A stretch of DNA of 64,000 bases from Flectonema sp. DT1601 (Eukaryota): NCBI GenBank assembly GCA_964019425.1, contig OZ025787.1:124001-188000 (forward strand), read 5' to 3'. Numbering within the stretch: position 1 is the first letter of the stretch; the number at the start of each line of letters is the position of its first letter. The notes beneath the pieces are model-generated. The model searched no databases. It worked only from the letters and a program-made list of their open reading frames with translations, and was not told where the DNA came from. Both the position numbers and the translations under genes were made by a program. Below, piece after piece: positions 12,118 through 23,259 of this stretch.

Positions 12118-13323
12118 TCAACCATAAGTCACGGTATTCGTTGACTGATAAAAGAGAGCGCAATTATTCTGAGGCAGCTGGATAGATTTAAGTACGCAAT
12201 CAGAGAGGTAAAAGTCTCCGATAGCAGTAACACTACTAAGACCTGAAAGGTCAAGCGAAGCTATTGATGAGCAATAATGCAAAAAATAACCTCCAATAGT
12301 GGCAACACCACTGAGACCTGCAAGGTCAAGCTCAGTGAGTGATGAACAGCAAAGTAAGAAATGACTTCCAATAGCGGTAACACTATTGAGACCTGAAAGG
12401 TCAAGGGAAGTAATTTGTAAACAGTGAGACAAGAAATGATCCCCAATGGTGGTTACGCTATTGAGACTTGAAAAGTCAAGCGCAGTAAGCTGTGAACAGG
12501 AATGTAAGAAACGATTTCCAATAGCGGTAGCACTATTTATACCTGAAAGATCAAGCGCAGCGACTGAACAGCAGGAATACAAGAAATAACTTCTAATAGT
12601 GGCAACACTCCTGAGACCTGAAATGTCAAGCTCAGTGAGTGATGAACAGTTAACCAAGAAGTGACTTCCAATAGTGGTAACACTATTGAGACCTGAAAGG
12701 TTAAGGGAAGTAATATGGGAACAGAAAGACAAAAAGTAATCCCCAATAGTAGTAATACTATTAATACCTGATAAGTCAAGCGCAGTGAGTGATGAACAGT
12801 AATGCAAGAAACGACTTCCAATAGCGGTAATACCATTGAGACCTGAAAGGTCAAGAGCCGTGACTGAACAGACAGACAAGAACTTACTTGAGATTACTGT
12901 GATGTTAGAATTTGAATTACGGAAAGAAATCTGTTCGGCATCTGAAGGAATCAAACCACCGTCAACACTAAGGAAACCGTCTTCTGAGAATGTAGGGGTG
13001 TCTAGAATTAGGTTCTCCTCCATGTGGTCTCTGACCCAACAAAGTAGCTTCTCTCTCTTTGAATCATCTTTAAACCAACACTTACTAAATATTCGAAATT
13101 GCTTCCTCTGCATTTCCAATTCGCTGTTTGCATCCACTCCATGATCTGCTAGCCGCTCAGTTTCACAAAGGGTACAACCAGCTAACGAGAGTTCAACCTC
13201 CTCCCTATCGATATCCCACTCACCAGCAGCCTCTGTTAAAACGTCGCCAACAAGGGAATCAGCACCTGCCGTGACTGAAACCGCAGAGAGTCCAAAATCT
13301 GGATATGTCACAAAGACTTGCAT
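12118..13323 (-). CDS. Ubiquitin-like domain + BspA-type leucine-rich repeat protein
   Basis: N-terminus MQVFV...VGDVL...ELSLAG..L...LADHGV...ELEM is ubiquitin-fold-like. Nine 25-aa repeats (xLTxLDLSGLNSVTxIGxxFLxxC) at about 12867-12193. Confidence 0.85.
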   Translation of the reverse strand: MQVFVTYPDFGLSAVSVTAGADSLVGDVLTEAAGEWDIDREEVELSLAGCTLCETERLADHGVDANSELEMQRKQFRIFSKCWFKDDSKREKLLCWVRDHMEENLILDTPTFSEDGFLSVDGGLIPSDAEQISFRNSNSNITVISSKFLSVCSVTALDLSGLNGITAIGSRFLHYCSSLTALDLSGINSITTIGDYFLSFCSHITSLNLSGLNSVTTIGSHFLVNCSSLTELDISGLRSVATIRSYFLYSCCSVAALDLSGINSATAIGNRFLHSCSQLTALDFSSLNSVTTIGDHFLSHCLQITSLDLSGLNSVTAIGSHFLLCCSSLTELDLAGLSGVATIGGYFLHYCSSIASLDLSGLSSVTAIGDFYLSDCVLKSIQLPQNNCALFYQSTNTVTYG

Positions 13324-14274
13324 TCTGTTATTCTACTGAAAGATTCGGGGGTGTTTAAAATAACTATGAATATGTGTGAAAGTGTTCGACTCGTGGTAAC
13401 AATTAAATACGACAGGGAAATCTTGACATTAGACTGAATATAAACAATAAATTGTAGTTAAAGTGGACATCAAAGAGAAACGGGTACTCTCTGTTACCGA
13501 ACACCCTACAGCAAACACAACGCACCCCCCGACTTCGTATTGATATTCCCCTGGTTGAAAAAATGAATAAATAAAATACCAATTATTCATTCACATGAAA
13601 TAGATGCGAGAGCAAAAACGAAGTGGTGCTTTTTCGCACAACAAAAAAAAAAAAAGAAAAAGTCTTAGGGAAAGAACAGAGACAAACAATAATACACGCG
13701 GGCATCACAACTGCACAAAGATATAGAAACTGATTGCAGTGATCATTTGTATTGCACATGTCGACAAGTACTAAGACTTCGTGTATCTATTCGATAACAA
13801 ATTTAACTAAGCTGACAGAAAATGATGCTATTTACACCCTAACAAGACAGACTAACGATAAAAACGAAAATACGTACTCTGCATTGTTCACAAGAAACTT
13901 CCAGTCGTCTTGAAGAGCGATTCGGAAAAATAACTCACATTAAAAGTGTTGTATGATACTTGCTATAGACTACACGACATTGAACACAGTCCAAGTACAC
14001 TACCAGCTCGAATACAAGTTATTTAAATAAGTTGGGGGACCACATGGATTCCCTCCAATTGGAATATCATAATACGTACAACATGAGGCCACCTTAATTG
14101 TGACGTAGCACATGCGAAAATCCCTTTCAAAGAGATAATTTCTTTGGAAGACGAGTGAACGGACCAGACAAGACCGACGCCATGAAGGCAATCGTAATTC
14201 GACAAACATAACAGCACACGAATAAGAAAAAACGAACAGACCAAACCACAGCTATTTTAATAAATAATACCCAG

Positions 14275-15546
14275 CTATTCATCATCATCTGAAGACCAAA
14301 CTATTTGAGAAGGGTCAGGTTTTGGAGGAGGAGCCCGAGAGTCAGTACCCTGAGGAGGAGCCCGAGAGTCAGGATCCTGAGGAGGAGGAGGTGGGGGAGG
14401 AGAAGGCTCAGAAGACTTCTCTTGTTTACGAACTATAGAACTCATCGAAACAGTCGATGCTGCCATTCGAAGAGAGACTGAAGAAGCAGCGAGGATATGA
14501 TTTAATTGAGTGTCACTATCACCTGAAGATGATTCATCAGAAGACCAATCAATCCCTTGCCGTTCATCAAAAACAGGTGGTGGTGGTGGAGGCGCATCAA
14601 ACTCAGGAAATGATAACTGGGCATTACTCTTACTTGGTGAAGGTTCTTCTTCCTCAGACTTTACAACTTCTTCTTCAACAGCTTCAACAACCTCAACAGG
14701 TTCTTCACTTGCAACTCCTTTCTTTCCATTCTTCCTACTCGCAGCTTTTTTTGCCCGTTCCTTTTCTCTTTCCTTCTCCCGTTCCCTCCGTTTCTTTTTC
14801 TTCTCCTTCTTTTCCTTCTTTTTCTCCTCCTTTTTGTCTTTCTTCCCGCGCTTTCCGTCAATCGGAGTATCTTCAGGAAACAGAGAAGAGAGTTTCCAAA
14901 CACCTTCAGAGATGTCTTCGTGGAGCTGTTTTATTTTAAGTAGAAGTTTGAGAATGGTATAATAAAGACATTAATAATTGATAACGTGAAGAAAACTGAA
15001 ATTATAGCAAACCTGAACTGCAGATTCCCTTTCTTGCGCATCAATCTCAGTGAAATCCAATAACTTTAAACTTTTAAAAAATCCAATTATATATAATCGA
15101 TATTGATTATATGCTTGAGGATTGTGACACTGAAACTCATAAGAAGGAACGCATGGGTTCCCAACTAGTGAAAGTGTTTGTATTTCCGGACAGCGAGTGG
15201 AAAGTACCAAAACTATACTTTCCAGTTCTTTAATTTGATTGTTATTAAGTGATAAAAATGTTAACTTTGGCATGTACGGTAGAAGGAAACTTGAGTACCT
15301 GTTATCGTCGAGTATTAAGGTTGTGAGGGATTCGAAATCACTAAACTTTTGAACAGTAACATCTGTTAATTTGTTGTGAGACACGTCAATCGAAGTAACA
15401 CTTTTACAGTTCTCAAAGAATTCATCCGGCAGCGATCTCAACTCTCGATGGACCATCGCCAACTTCTGACCAATAGGACCCCTCACAGACTGGCGTGCAT
15501 TTCGTTTTTGTTCTTCCTCCGCTTCCTTCACACTCTTGTTGCCCAT
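14275..15546 (-). CDS. LRR protein (U2A'/SDS22-like with LRRcap) with charged and proline-rich tail, 2 exons: 15546-15013, 14925-14275
   Basis: LRRs SIDVSHNKL, LILDDNRY, LSLNNNQI, LSLVGNP. Cap YRLYIIGFFKSLKLLD. MGNKS myristoylation-like start. Phase-0 intron 15012-14926 (GTTTGC...AAAACAG) gives an open frame to the stop at 14275. Confidence 0.8.
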
Positions 15547-16926
15547 ATTATTGCGGATGGCTGTAAAAATTATATTAGAACTATTAGCAAGGGACAGTGC
15601 CTATGAAATGAGACTTTTAATAGGTGAAGACCACTGAACATGTTATGGTTATGTTCAACTAGGAAATGAAAGAAAGCTTTACCTTATTATCTAAACCCTC
15701 AAGCATAACAATGACACGCCCTCAGTATTGGGTAAGCGGTTGGCAATGTCTTCGTATATAAAGACTACAGCACTGAAAGTGACAGTTCATTTATAAAAAA
15801 GAACGCCAAGAGGACAAGCACTTCTTCTTACCAAGCCTCAGTAACGTACTCTATTACAAACTGTAGTAGACTTGCTAGGAAAAAGCTTTTTTCTGGCTCA
15901 TAAAAGAAGCAAGAACAGTGTATTTTTTTTTTTTTTTAAAGTCACCTTTTGTGAACGGTTTATATGAAGTCAGCCAAGACTTTGCGTAGATTGCTCTTCT
16001 CTGACCGAATGTTATTTCATTAGGGATTTTTTTCTTTCTTTTTTTTCCTATTCTTCCCCCCCCCCCAACCCTGGTTCCTCATTTCCTTTACTTGGCAAGC
16101 AATAAACAAAACAAAAAAAAACAGGAGAAATTTGACATGTTTTAACTAAGTGGCACAAGAGGGGGAAGCTAAAAAGAATAGACTAAATAGAGAGAGTGGG
16201 TAAATTATAAAGTGACATCCCGGACCCTCATCTTCTTCCCTCCGCCAGAGAGGGGAAAAGGGAAGTGGTGCACCGGGATTAACGTTTTTTGTGAGTAAAA
16301 GAAAAATAAAAAATACCAAAAACAAGCGGCAGAATGCAAGGGTAAAACACTTGTTTGCGAAGGACAAGATTCCATAAACTGTTCTCTTGACAGCAAGAAA
16401 GTTGTGTAATTCAAACAGATTATTATGGAGTCTTTTTATACGTTTTTTTTTTTTTTTTTTTTTTCGGATTCTTTTCTTTCTTTGAAGGCAACAATCTTCC
16501 GCAGCCACGGAAGTGTACCAACTGGAGAAATTATGAATAACCGAGAGAAACACTACTGAAAGGGGAAAGAACCCCAAAATGCACGCAGACCTCAGCGAGA
16601 ACACGGCTTTGATCAAACACAAGCCAGACGGATTATTATTTAAATATAAAACAACATTTAGTAAATTACTTTACTAAAGGAGCATAACATCTTTACACGT
16701 CACGTCCAATATGAGTTTTATATTTATTTTATTTTTTCTTTTAAAAAACGCAAGCCAAAAGGGACAGTAAAAGTATTACACAACAAAAAAAACATAAATA
16801 AGCAAAAAATAATTATTTAATAACACTTCGCTACTCGTCGCAAACTGGTGGGAAGAAAGCAACTTCGCGTAATAATGTAGTCTTCTGTATAACAGTTTAT
16901 CAAGAAGCAATAGAGCCTTCCAGCTC

Positions 16927-18188
16927 TTACTTACTTTTGAGGTCGGTGATTTGTTTTTCAAGTTCCCTGTCGTGATTTGATTTGATGTATTCAGATTAGG
17001 ATAAAAACAATACACAAAAAGGGTATCTAATAACAATAACAACAATTCATACTTAATCCTTTCTAAAGCAGTATCAAGAGTAAGTGCCTCAGGATTACCT
17101 TCTAAGAATCCATGATGTTTCATCCAATCATCATCAGCAAACTTCGTCATGTAGTTACGAATCCCATCAGAGAACACCACAACACATCGCTGGTCCTTCG
17201 TCAGCTTCTTAGCAGCACGTGCAACTCCGAGCTGTTTGTGTTGGGATTCATTTCGTCTCTTCAAAAAGATGATGTGAGTGTGAACTCTGTTTACATAAAT
17301 AGAAAGAAAAATAATTGCTCCCTTCAGAACTTTACATACCATCGCTGATCCAGCAGAACCACCGACTAGGAGTCCCTCTTGTTGTTGTAACTTTCTCGCT
17401 AAATCAAATGATTCCTTGTCATTACTCTTAACCCATTCATCAACAATTGATCTATCTAATACATCAGGAATGAAATCATAACCAATTCCTTCTACTTGAT
17501 ATAATTCACCAGCTTCACCTTCTCCTTCTGCTAAGATTGATCCGATTGGATCTACTCCAACGATCACAACGTTGGGAAGTTTCTCTTTCAACTTCTTAGC
17601 GACACCAGTAATAGTTCCACCAGTTCCAGCACCCATTACAATCATATCAACTCTTCCATCACATTGTTTTAGAATCTCTTCAGCAGTCCCATCGTAATGA
17701 GCTCCAGGGTTAGCAGGGTTCGTGTATTGATCCAGAACGTGTGTGTTCGCATCCTCTGAAGCCATCTTGTTAGCGACCCCGATGTGAGAGTTTGGAGCGT
17801 CGAATGCCGCGTCGTTTGGGGTTCTGATCACTCGAGCACCCAATGCCTTCATCACGCAAATCTTTTCCTTGCTCATCTTCTCAGGCATTGTGGCCACCAT
17901 GTTGTACCCTTTGGCAGCACACGCAAGTGACATTCCGATACCCGTGTTTCCTGAAGTTGGTTCCACCAGAGTGTCACCAGGTTTGATGCGACCCTCAGCT
18001 GCAGCGTCCAAGACCATCTGCTTCCCGATGCGATCCTTAATTGAGCCTCCTGGATTGAAGAACTCTAACTTGGCAACTACTTCACACTCGAGTCCCAACT
18101 CTTTTGGGAGTCTGTTGAGTCGTACCATCGGAGTATCACCAACCATGTCCAAGATCGAGTCTTGAATTGTTGAGGATCGGGAAGACAT
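16927..18188 (-). CDS. CBS: Cystathionine beta-synthase, copy A (no haem or CBS regulatory domain), 3 exons: 18188-17340, 17231-17053, 16966-16927
   Basis: PLP lysine [50 protein letters not shown]. Introns 17339-17232 and 17052-16967. Ends KELEKQITDLKSK*. Confidence 0.92.
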
Positions 18189-18656
18189 TGAAAAGTGTGT
18201 AATCTGTAGAGAATAAGGTAATCAGAAAAGTGATATAAAAACTAAAATCATATGCAGTACAACTACTCAACCCATCATAAGATCGACAGGTTAATCGAAG
18301 TACCACTAGTTACCCAATGTGATTAAGTACAAAGCTTTATGGCAATGTAAAGTTGTTGACTACAACATAAAGAGAGAAAGTTTGGAGCAGAAGCCGCACC
18401 AGCGGTAAGGGCAATGGAACCGCTCGCTCGCAATACGTTTTTACGTTTTTTTTTCCCCCCTATCTTTCAAAAGGTTTTCGTTATGTCAATGGCAAAGATC
18501 CGGGCATGTCAACGACACGAGTTTTGCATCAACACAGCATTCAAATTCTGAAAAATAATAGTTGGTACAAGAGTAGTTTAAAGATAATTGTATAGCAATG
18601 ATAGAGAGCTAGGTGAATGTTTTTTTTAAAAAAAAGAAACTTTTTTAAAAAATAAG

Positions 18657-19875
18657 TTAACCCTTTAAGCCCTGAAGGCCACTATAGTGGCCTTTCGCGT
18701 TTTTTTTTTTTTGACAAAGGGGAAAAATGTACCTTGTGAGTACAAGGGTGGAGCCAGAGCTGCCCAAAAACGACAAATTTTATGTGGGATCGTGCTGCAA
18801 AAATCACCAGCTTTTTCTGAGAAAAAGTTCATTTTTTTTTTTCTGCACTGGGAACAGTCTTAGCCAGGTTGCCCATGACTATCCCATGTTTTCAGCCAAA
18901 AATTAAAATCCCTAAAACTATTTCCATCGAAAATGATTCAGTAGGGTCACCTATCCCAGATTCGGGTGCTCCTGAGTCTTCTTCGAGCGATGAAAAGAGT
19001 ACAATAGAGCCAAGCATTTCCCCTCTGAAATGGAGCAAGAAAATCACCAAGGTAAGACGACACACGTTTCGGCGGTCCTTGCAGGACATGTCAGACCTGA
19101 AATTGATGAAGGAACTGCAGAAATTTGAACTTGTGTTCACCCCAAAGGTGATGAGATGATTTCGCACTGCAGCAACAAGGCACTCAATCTTAACGTAGCT
19201 GAACTCAAACTCTCTTTAGGACTCAATATCCTCGTGGGTCTCTGTGATAAACCAAATATCTCAGATTACAGGAACGGTACATCAGACCCAGCGTACACAC
19301 CCCACTTCGCTTCCTGAGATCGGTTCCTCTAAATTCGAACCAATCTGTAAAACTTTACACTGTCACCAACCCCGTACCTGCTGACAAGCTCTACAAAATC
19401 CACAGCTTTTGGGAAACAATAGTTCCCAAATGGTCCGAGATCAATAAGGCGGAGGCGCAGGGACGGGTGGAGAAGTTCTCTGCCTCGTACTTTCAGTCCT
19501 AGCACAATGTGCATCACATAAATTCAGGGACAATCCAAAAGAAGTACATGTCTTCAGCACATTGCCTCTCGAGGAGAATTATGAGACAGCCACGTGATGG
19601 ACTAAAATAAGGAAATCTATCAAAAAGTGACTATCGACTTACCGGTACAGATCCATCAGTACAACAAACTAATGGGTGGTGTTGACCTCGTAGACGGTAT
19701 CAGGGGGAAGGCAAGAAGAACTCTGATGACAAAACGCTGGACCCTGAAAGTCTTTCACTACTTGTTAGAGATTTCTATCTTCAATGTTTTCACCCTCCAA
19801 AAGAAGTCTGAAAAAAGACGTCGGGACATATGCTCAGTTCAAAAAGAGGCTATGTTCTCAACTTATTGATCACGG
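18657..19875 (+). mobile_element. Degenerate piggyBac-superfamily DNA transposon (left end plus broken transposase)
   Basis: TTAA at 18657-18660 followed by CCCTTT. Transposase fragments with stops and frameshifts: ELKLSLGLNILVGL..KPNISDY, RDRF, DKLYKI, PVQIHQYNKLMGGVDLVD...KRWTLKVFHYLLEISIFNVF, FKKRLCSQLI. No right terminal repeat found. Confidence 0.85.
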
Positions 19876-20142
19876 AACACACCAAACTCACACAAAATGT
19901 CACTACCTACGAAAATTCGGTATTTTTGGGGACTGCAGTTCACGGATATATACAAGACGACACAGATCGCATCATAGAAAGCAGACTAATAATTGGTGAC
20001 TCTAACCCGTCGGCAAACAGTGATTAAGAAGCAAGTATCGACAACTCAAGTGACGACAACTCAGACCGAAACAGATACCTCTGTTTTATCATCTCACTTA
20101 CTGTGTGCTGTTCGTGGATTGATCTCTCAATTCACGACAACA

Positions 20143-21417
20143 CTACTGTCGTTCCTTCGCAAGCTGGCTTTCTAGTTCTCTGTTTTAGTTTTGAGTAGTT
20201 AGTTGAACAATAAATGTTACGAAGATTGATTCTTATTTCCCAAACACACTAATTAGAATAACAATAACAACAATTCATACTTAATCCTTTCTAAAGCAGT
20301 ATCAAGAGTAAGTGCCTCAGGATTACCTTCTAAGAATCCATGATGCTTCATCCAATCATCATCAGCAAACTTCGTCATGTAGTTACGAATCCCATCAGAG
20401 AACACCACAACACATCGCTGGTCCTTCGTCAGCTTCTTAGCAGCACGTGCAACTCCGAGCTGTTTGTGTTGGGATTCATTTCGTACTCTTCAAAAAGATG
20501 ATGTAAGTATGAACTCTGTTTACATAAACAGAAAGAAAAATAATTGCTCCCTTCAGAACTTTACATACCATCGCTGATCCAGCAGAACCACCGACTAGGA
20601 GTCCCTCTTGTTGTTGTAACTTTCTCGCTAAATCAAATGATTCCTTGTCATTACTCTTAACCCATTCATCAACAATTGATCTATCTAATACATCAGGAAT
20701 GAAATCATAACCAATTCCTTCTACTTGATATAATTCACCAGCTTCACCTTCTCCTTCTGCTAAGATTGATCCGATTGGATCTACTCCAACGATCACAACG
20801 TTGGGAAGTTTCTCTTTCAACTTCTTAGCGACACCAGTAATAGTTCCACCAGTTCCAGCACCCATTACAATCATATCAACTCTTCCATCACATTGTTTTA
20901 GAATCTCTTCAGCAGTCCCATCGTAATGAGCTCCAGGGTTAGCAGGGTTCGTGTATTGATCCAGAACGTGTGTGTTCGCATCCTCTGAAGCCATCTTGTT
21001 AGCGACCCCGATGTGAGAGTTTGGAGCGTCGAATGCCGCGTCGTTTGGGGTTCTGATCACTCGAGCACCCAATGCCTTCATCACGCAAATCTTTTCCTTG
21101 CTCATCTTCTCAGGCATTGTGGCCACCATGTTGTACCCTTTGGCAGCACACGCAAGTGACATTCCGATACCCGTGTTTCCTGAAGTTGGTTCCACCAGAG
21201 TGTCACCAGGTTTGATGCGACCCTCAGCTGCAGCGTCCAAGACCATCTGCTTCCCGATGCGATCCTTAATTGAGCCTCCTGGATTGAAGAACTCTAACTT
21301 GGCAACTACTTCACACTCGAGTCCCAACTCTTTTGGGAGTCTGTTGAGTCGTACCATCGGAGTATCACCAACCATGTCCAAGATCGAGTCTTGAATTGTT
21401 GAGGATCGGGAAGACAT
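20143..21417 (-). CDS. CBS: Cystathionine beta-synthase, copy B, 3 exons: 21417-20569, 20459-20281, 20179-20143
   Basis: Exons 1-2 essentially identical to copy A. Introns 20568-20460 and 20280-20180. Distinct last exon [12 protein letters not shown]. Confidence 0.9.
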
Positions 21418-21953
21418 GATGTGTGATTAACGCGCACTGAAAAAGAGAAAATAATCTCGTAGAAATATCAAACTATTCCAAGGCTGTAAACTACGTCCAA
21501 TGTCGGACTTAAGGAAGTTGGATCAGCCCTCTGGTTGGGGGAAACGTAATAACCAAATACCGTCTTTAAAACAGAATCAATAAATGAATAAATCTAATAC
21601 TCGACAAGAGGAACGAGCAGGAATTGGGATAAAATAACTAGTCGACGATTAACCGAATGTTACTTCGCAAATAAATTCTACAAATGAAACAAACTGGAAG
21701 GGTAGAGCAAGTCTTCGTTCAAAATGTCGTCCGAATGTTACTTCGAAACACAAAAATCTACAAACACATAAAAGAGTTTATCACATAAGAATAAACTACC
21801 AACAATAACAACTGATAACAGTGCAGTGCTTAAGATGGTCAGCATTTACAACAATACAGACTTGACGTGTTCACAAAGAACTTTTAATATCAAAAGATAA
21901 TCATGTGAGATGGGAGGGAACTATTTCAATCTAATTCAGAAGAAGTGCGGCAA

Positions 21954-22736
21954 TCAGAGAAGTGGTGGACCACTACCAAACGGTCCTATCTTAGGACCTT
22001 TTATTATATTTTGACTGAAAGTGACGCGAGTCGTACGCGTGTCCTTCGCTAACTCTGTTGGTGTAGTTTGTTGCGGTGGTGTTGAAGGAATCTCCGGTTC
22101 ATTAGATTGTACGTCTTTCTGAGGAGTTACCGGAAGCTGTTCTTTAATAATCTCCTCATCAGATGAAGTAGTACAGTAGCTGCTTACTGGTGACCAGTCA
22201 GGTCTTGGAAGATCTAGTAATTCACAATCCTGTGTTTTATTTAATATGTTTTGAGATAAAGTTAAGGAAACCATAACAACACAATCACATACATCAATTA
22301 AACTTTCATCTTGTCGAAGTGTCTCTAGTCCGCCGTATTCGAAACCTTCCTTTGCCATGTGAATTAGTTTCTTAACCTTCATAGCGCCTTTTAATTTACT
22401 GGGTGACTTTTTCGAAACTCCATTTTTTCGTTGTTGTAACTTCTCTTCAATAACTGCGGCATTTTGTTTGCTTTTTTTCCGAGCAGCTTCTTTGAGACTT
22501 ATTTGTACTGCTGCTGCCTCAATAATTCGTCTTTTCTGTTCCTGTTGTCGACGTTCTAGAGCTTCCAGCAGATGTTCTTTTACAGGAGAGAGTTCCATTT
22601 CATGTTTTCTATAATCAACTGATACACCAATCCCGTGATTTATTCTCTTTATTGTCACTGTTGACCCTTCTTTAGCTTTTCTTTTAAATTTACCTCCGCG
22701 TTGGACGTTCGGATTCAGCTGCTGTAGGGCGCTCAT
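21954..22736 (-). CDS. Hypothetical basic/coiled-coil protein, probable in-frame intron 22292-22230
   Basis: Start at MSALQQ after TTTTTTTTTAATCTCAG. A 63-nt GTATGT...AAAACACAG segment matches the local intron pattern. Confidence 0.6.
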   Translation of the reverse strand: MSALQQLNPNVQRGGKFKRKAKEGSTVTIKRINHGIGVSVDYRKHEMELSPVKEHLLEALERRQQEQKRRIIEAAAVQISLKEAARKKSKQNAAVIEEKLQQRKNGVSKKSPSKLKGAMKVKKLIHMAKEGFEYGGLETLRQDESLIDVCDCVVMVSLTLSQNILNKTQDCELLDLPRPDWSPVSSYCTTSSDEEIIKEQLPVTPQKDVQSNEPEIPSTPPQQTTPTELAKDTRTTRVTFSQNIIKGPKIGPFGSGPPLL

Positions 22737-23259
22737 ATTGTGGCGCGACACCCCCCCTGAGATTAAAAAAAAACTAATAATAAAGCCATTCAACCATTAC
22801 TGTCTTCTTCATAATGAAATTAGAAATGCTAATTCCGGTTGTTGGTGACCGTGAGGTGGGAAACCGCTGTAGGTATTCCAAAGACTTAAGAAAAGGATAA
22901 ATATCATCTAACTACACAACAGGTAGTCAGTAACTGGGACAGATGGTTCTTTCCTCTTTCTTTTGAAGAATATCATTTAAATTAACAAAACGAAACAAAA
23001 AAAACAGAAAAACACAAGCAGATTGTGTTAAGATTCTGAGAAACAAAATTACAAACAACTTGAACAGTGTGAAACAGCTTTCATGTTATCTTATAACAGT
23101 CTGAGATAAGTTGTTTCTTCCCTTAGTTCTTTCCGACTGGGCGGAGTCAGTTCTACTTCTCTAGACTGGAAGTAAATTGAGCAAAACAGTTATGAGAGCG
23201 AGTGGCAGCTTTAGCGACGATATAACTGCAACCGCAGCAATTAAGATGCGTGCGAGAGT

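Noticed and set aside
12193..12867. Regularly spaced repeats as a CRISPR-like array
   Set aside because: They are in-frame 75-bp LRR coding repeats in a eukaryotic gene.
16776..16926. ORF-track C-terminal extension of CBS (470 aa)
   Set aside because: Artefact of reading through two introns. The spliced model ends at 16927.
2993..21417. Thiol-metabolism gene cluster (GGT plus CBS x2)
   Set aside because: Separated by about 12 kb of unrelated genes. Directional clusters are not functionally organised.
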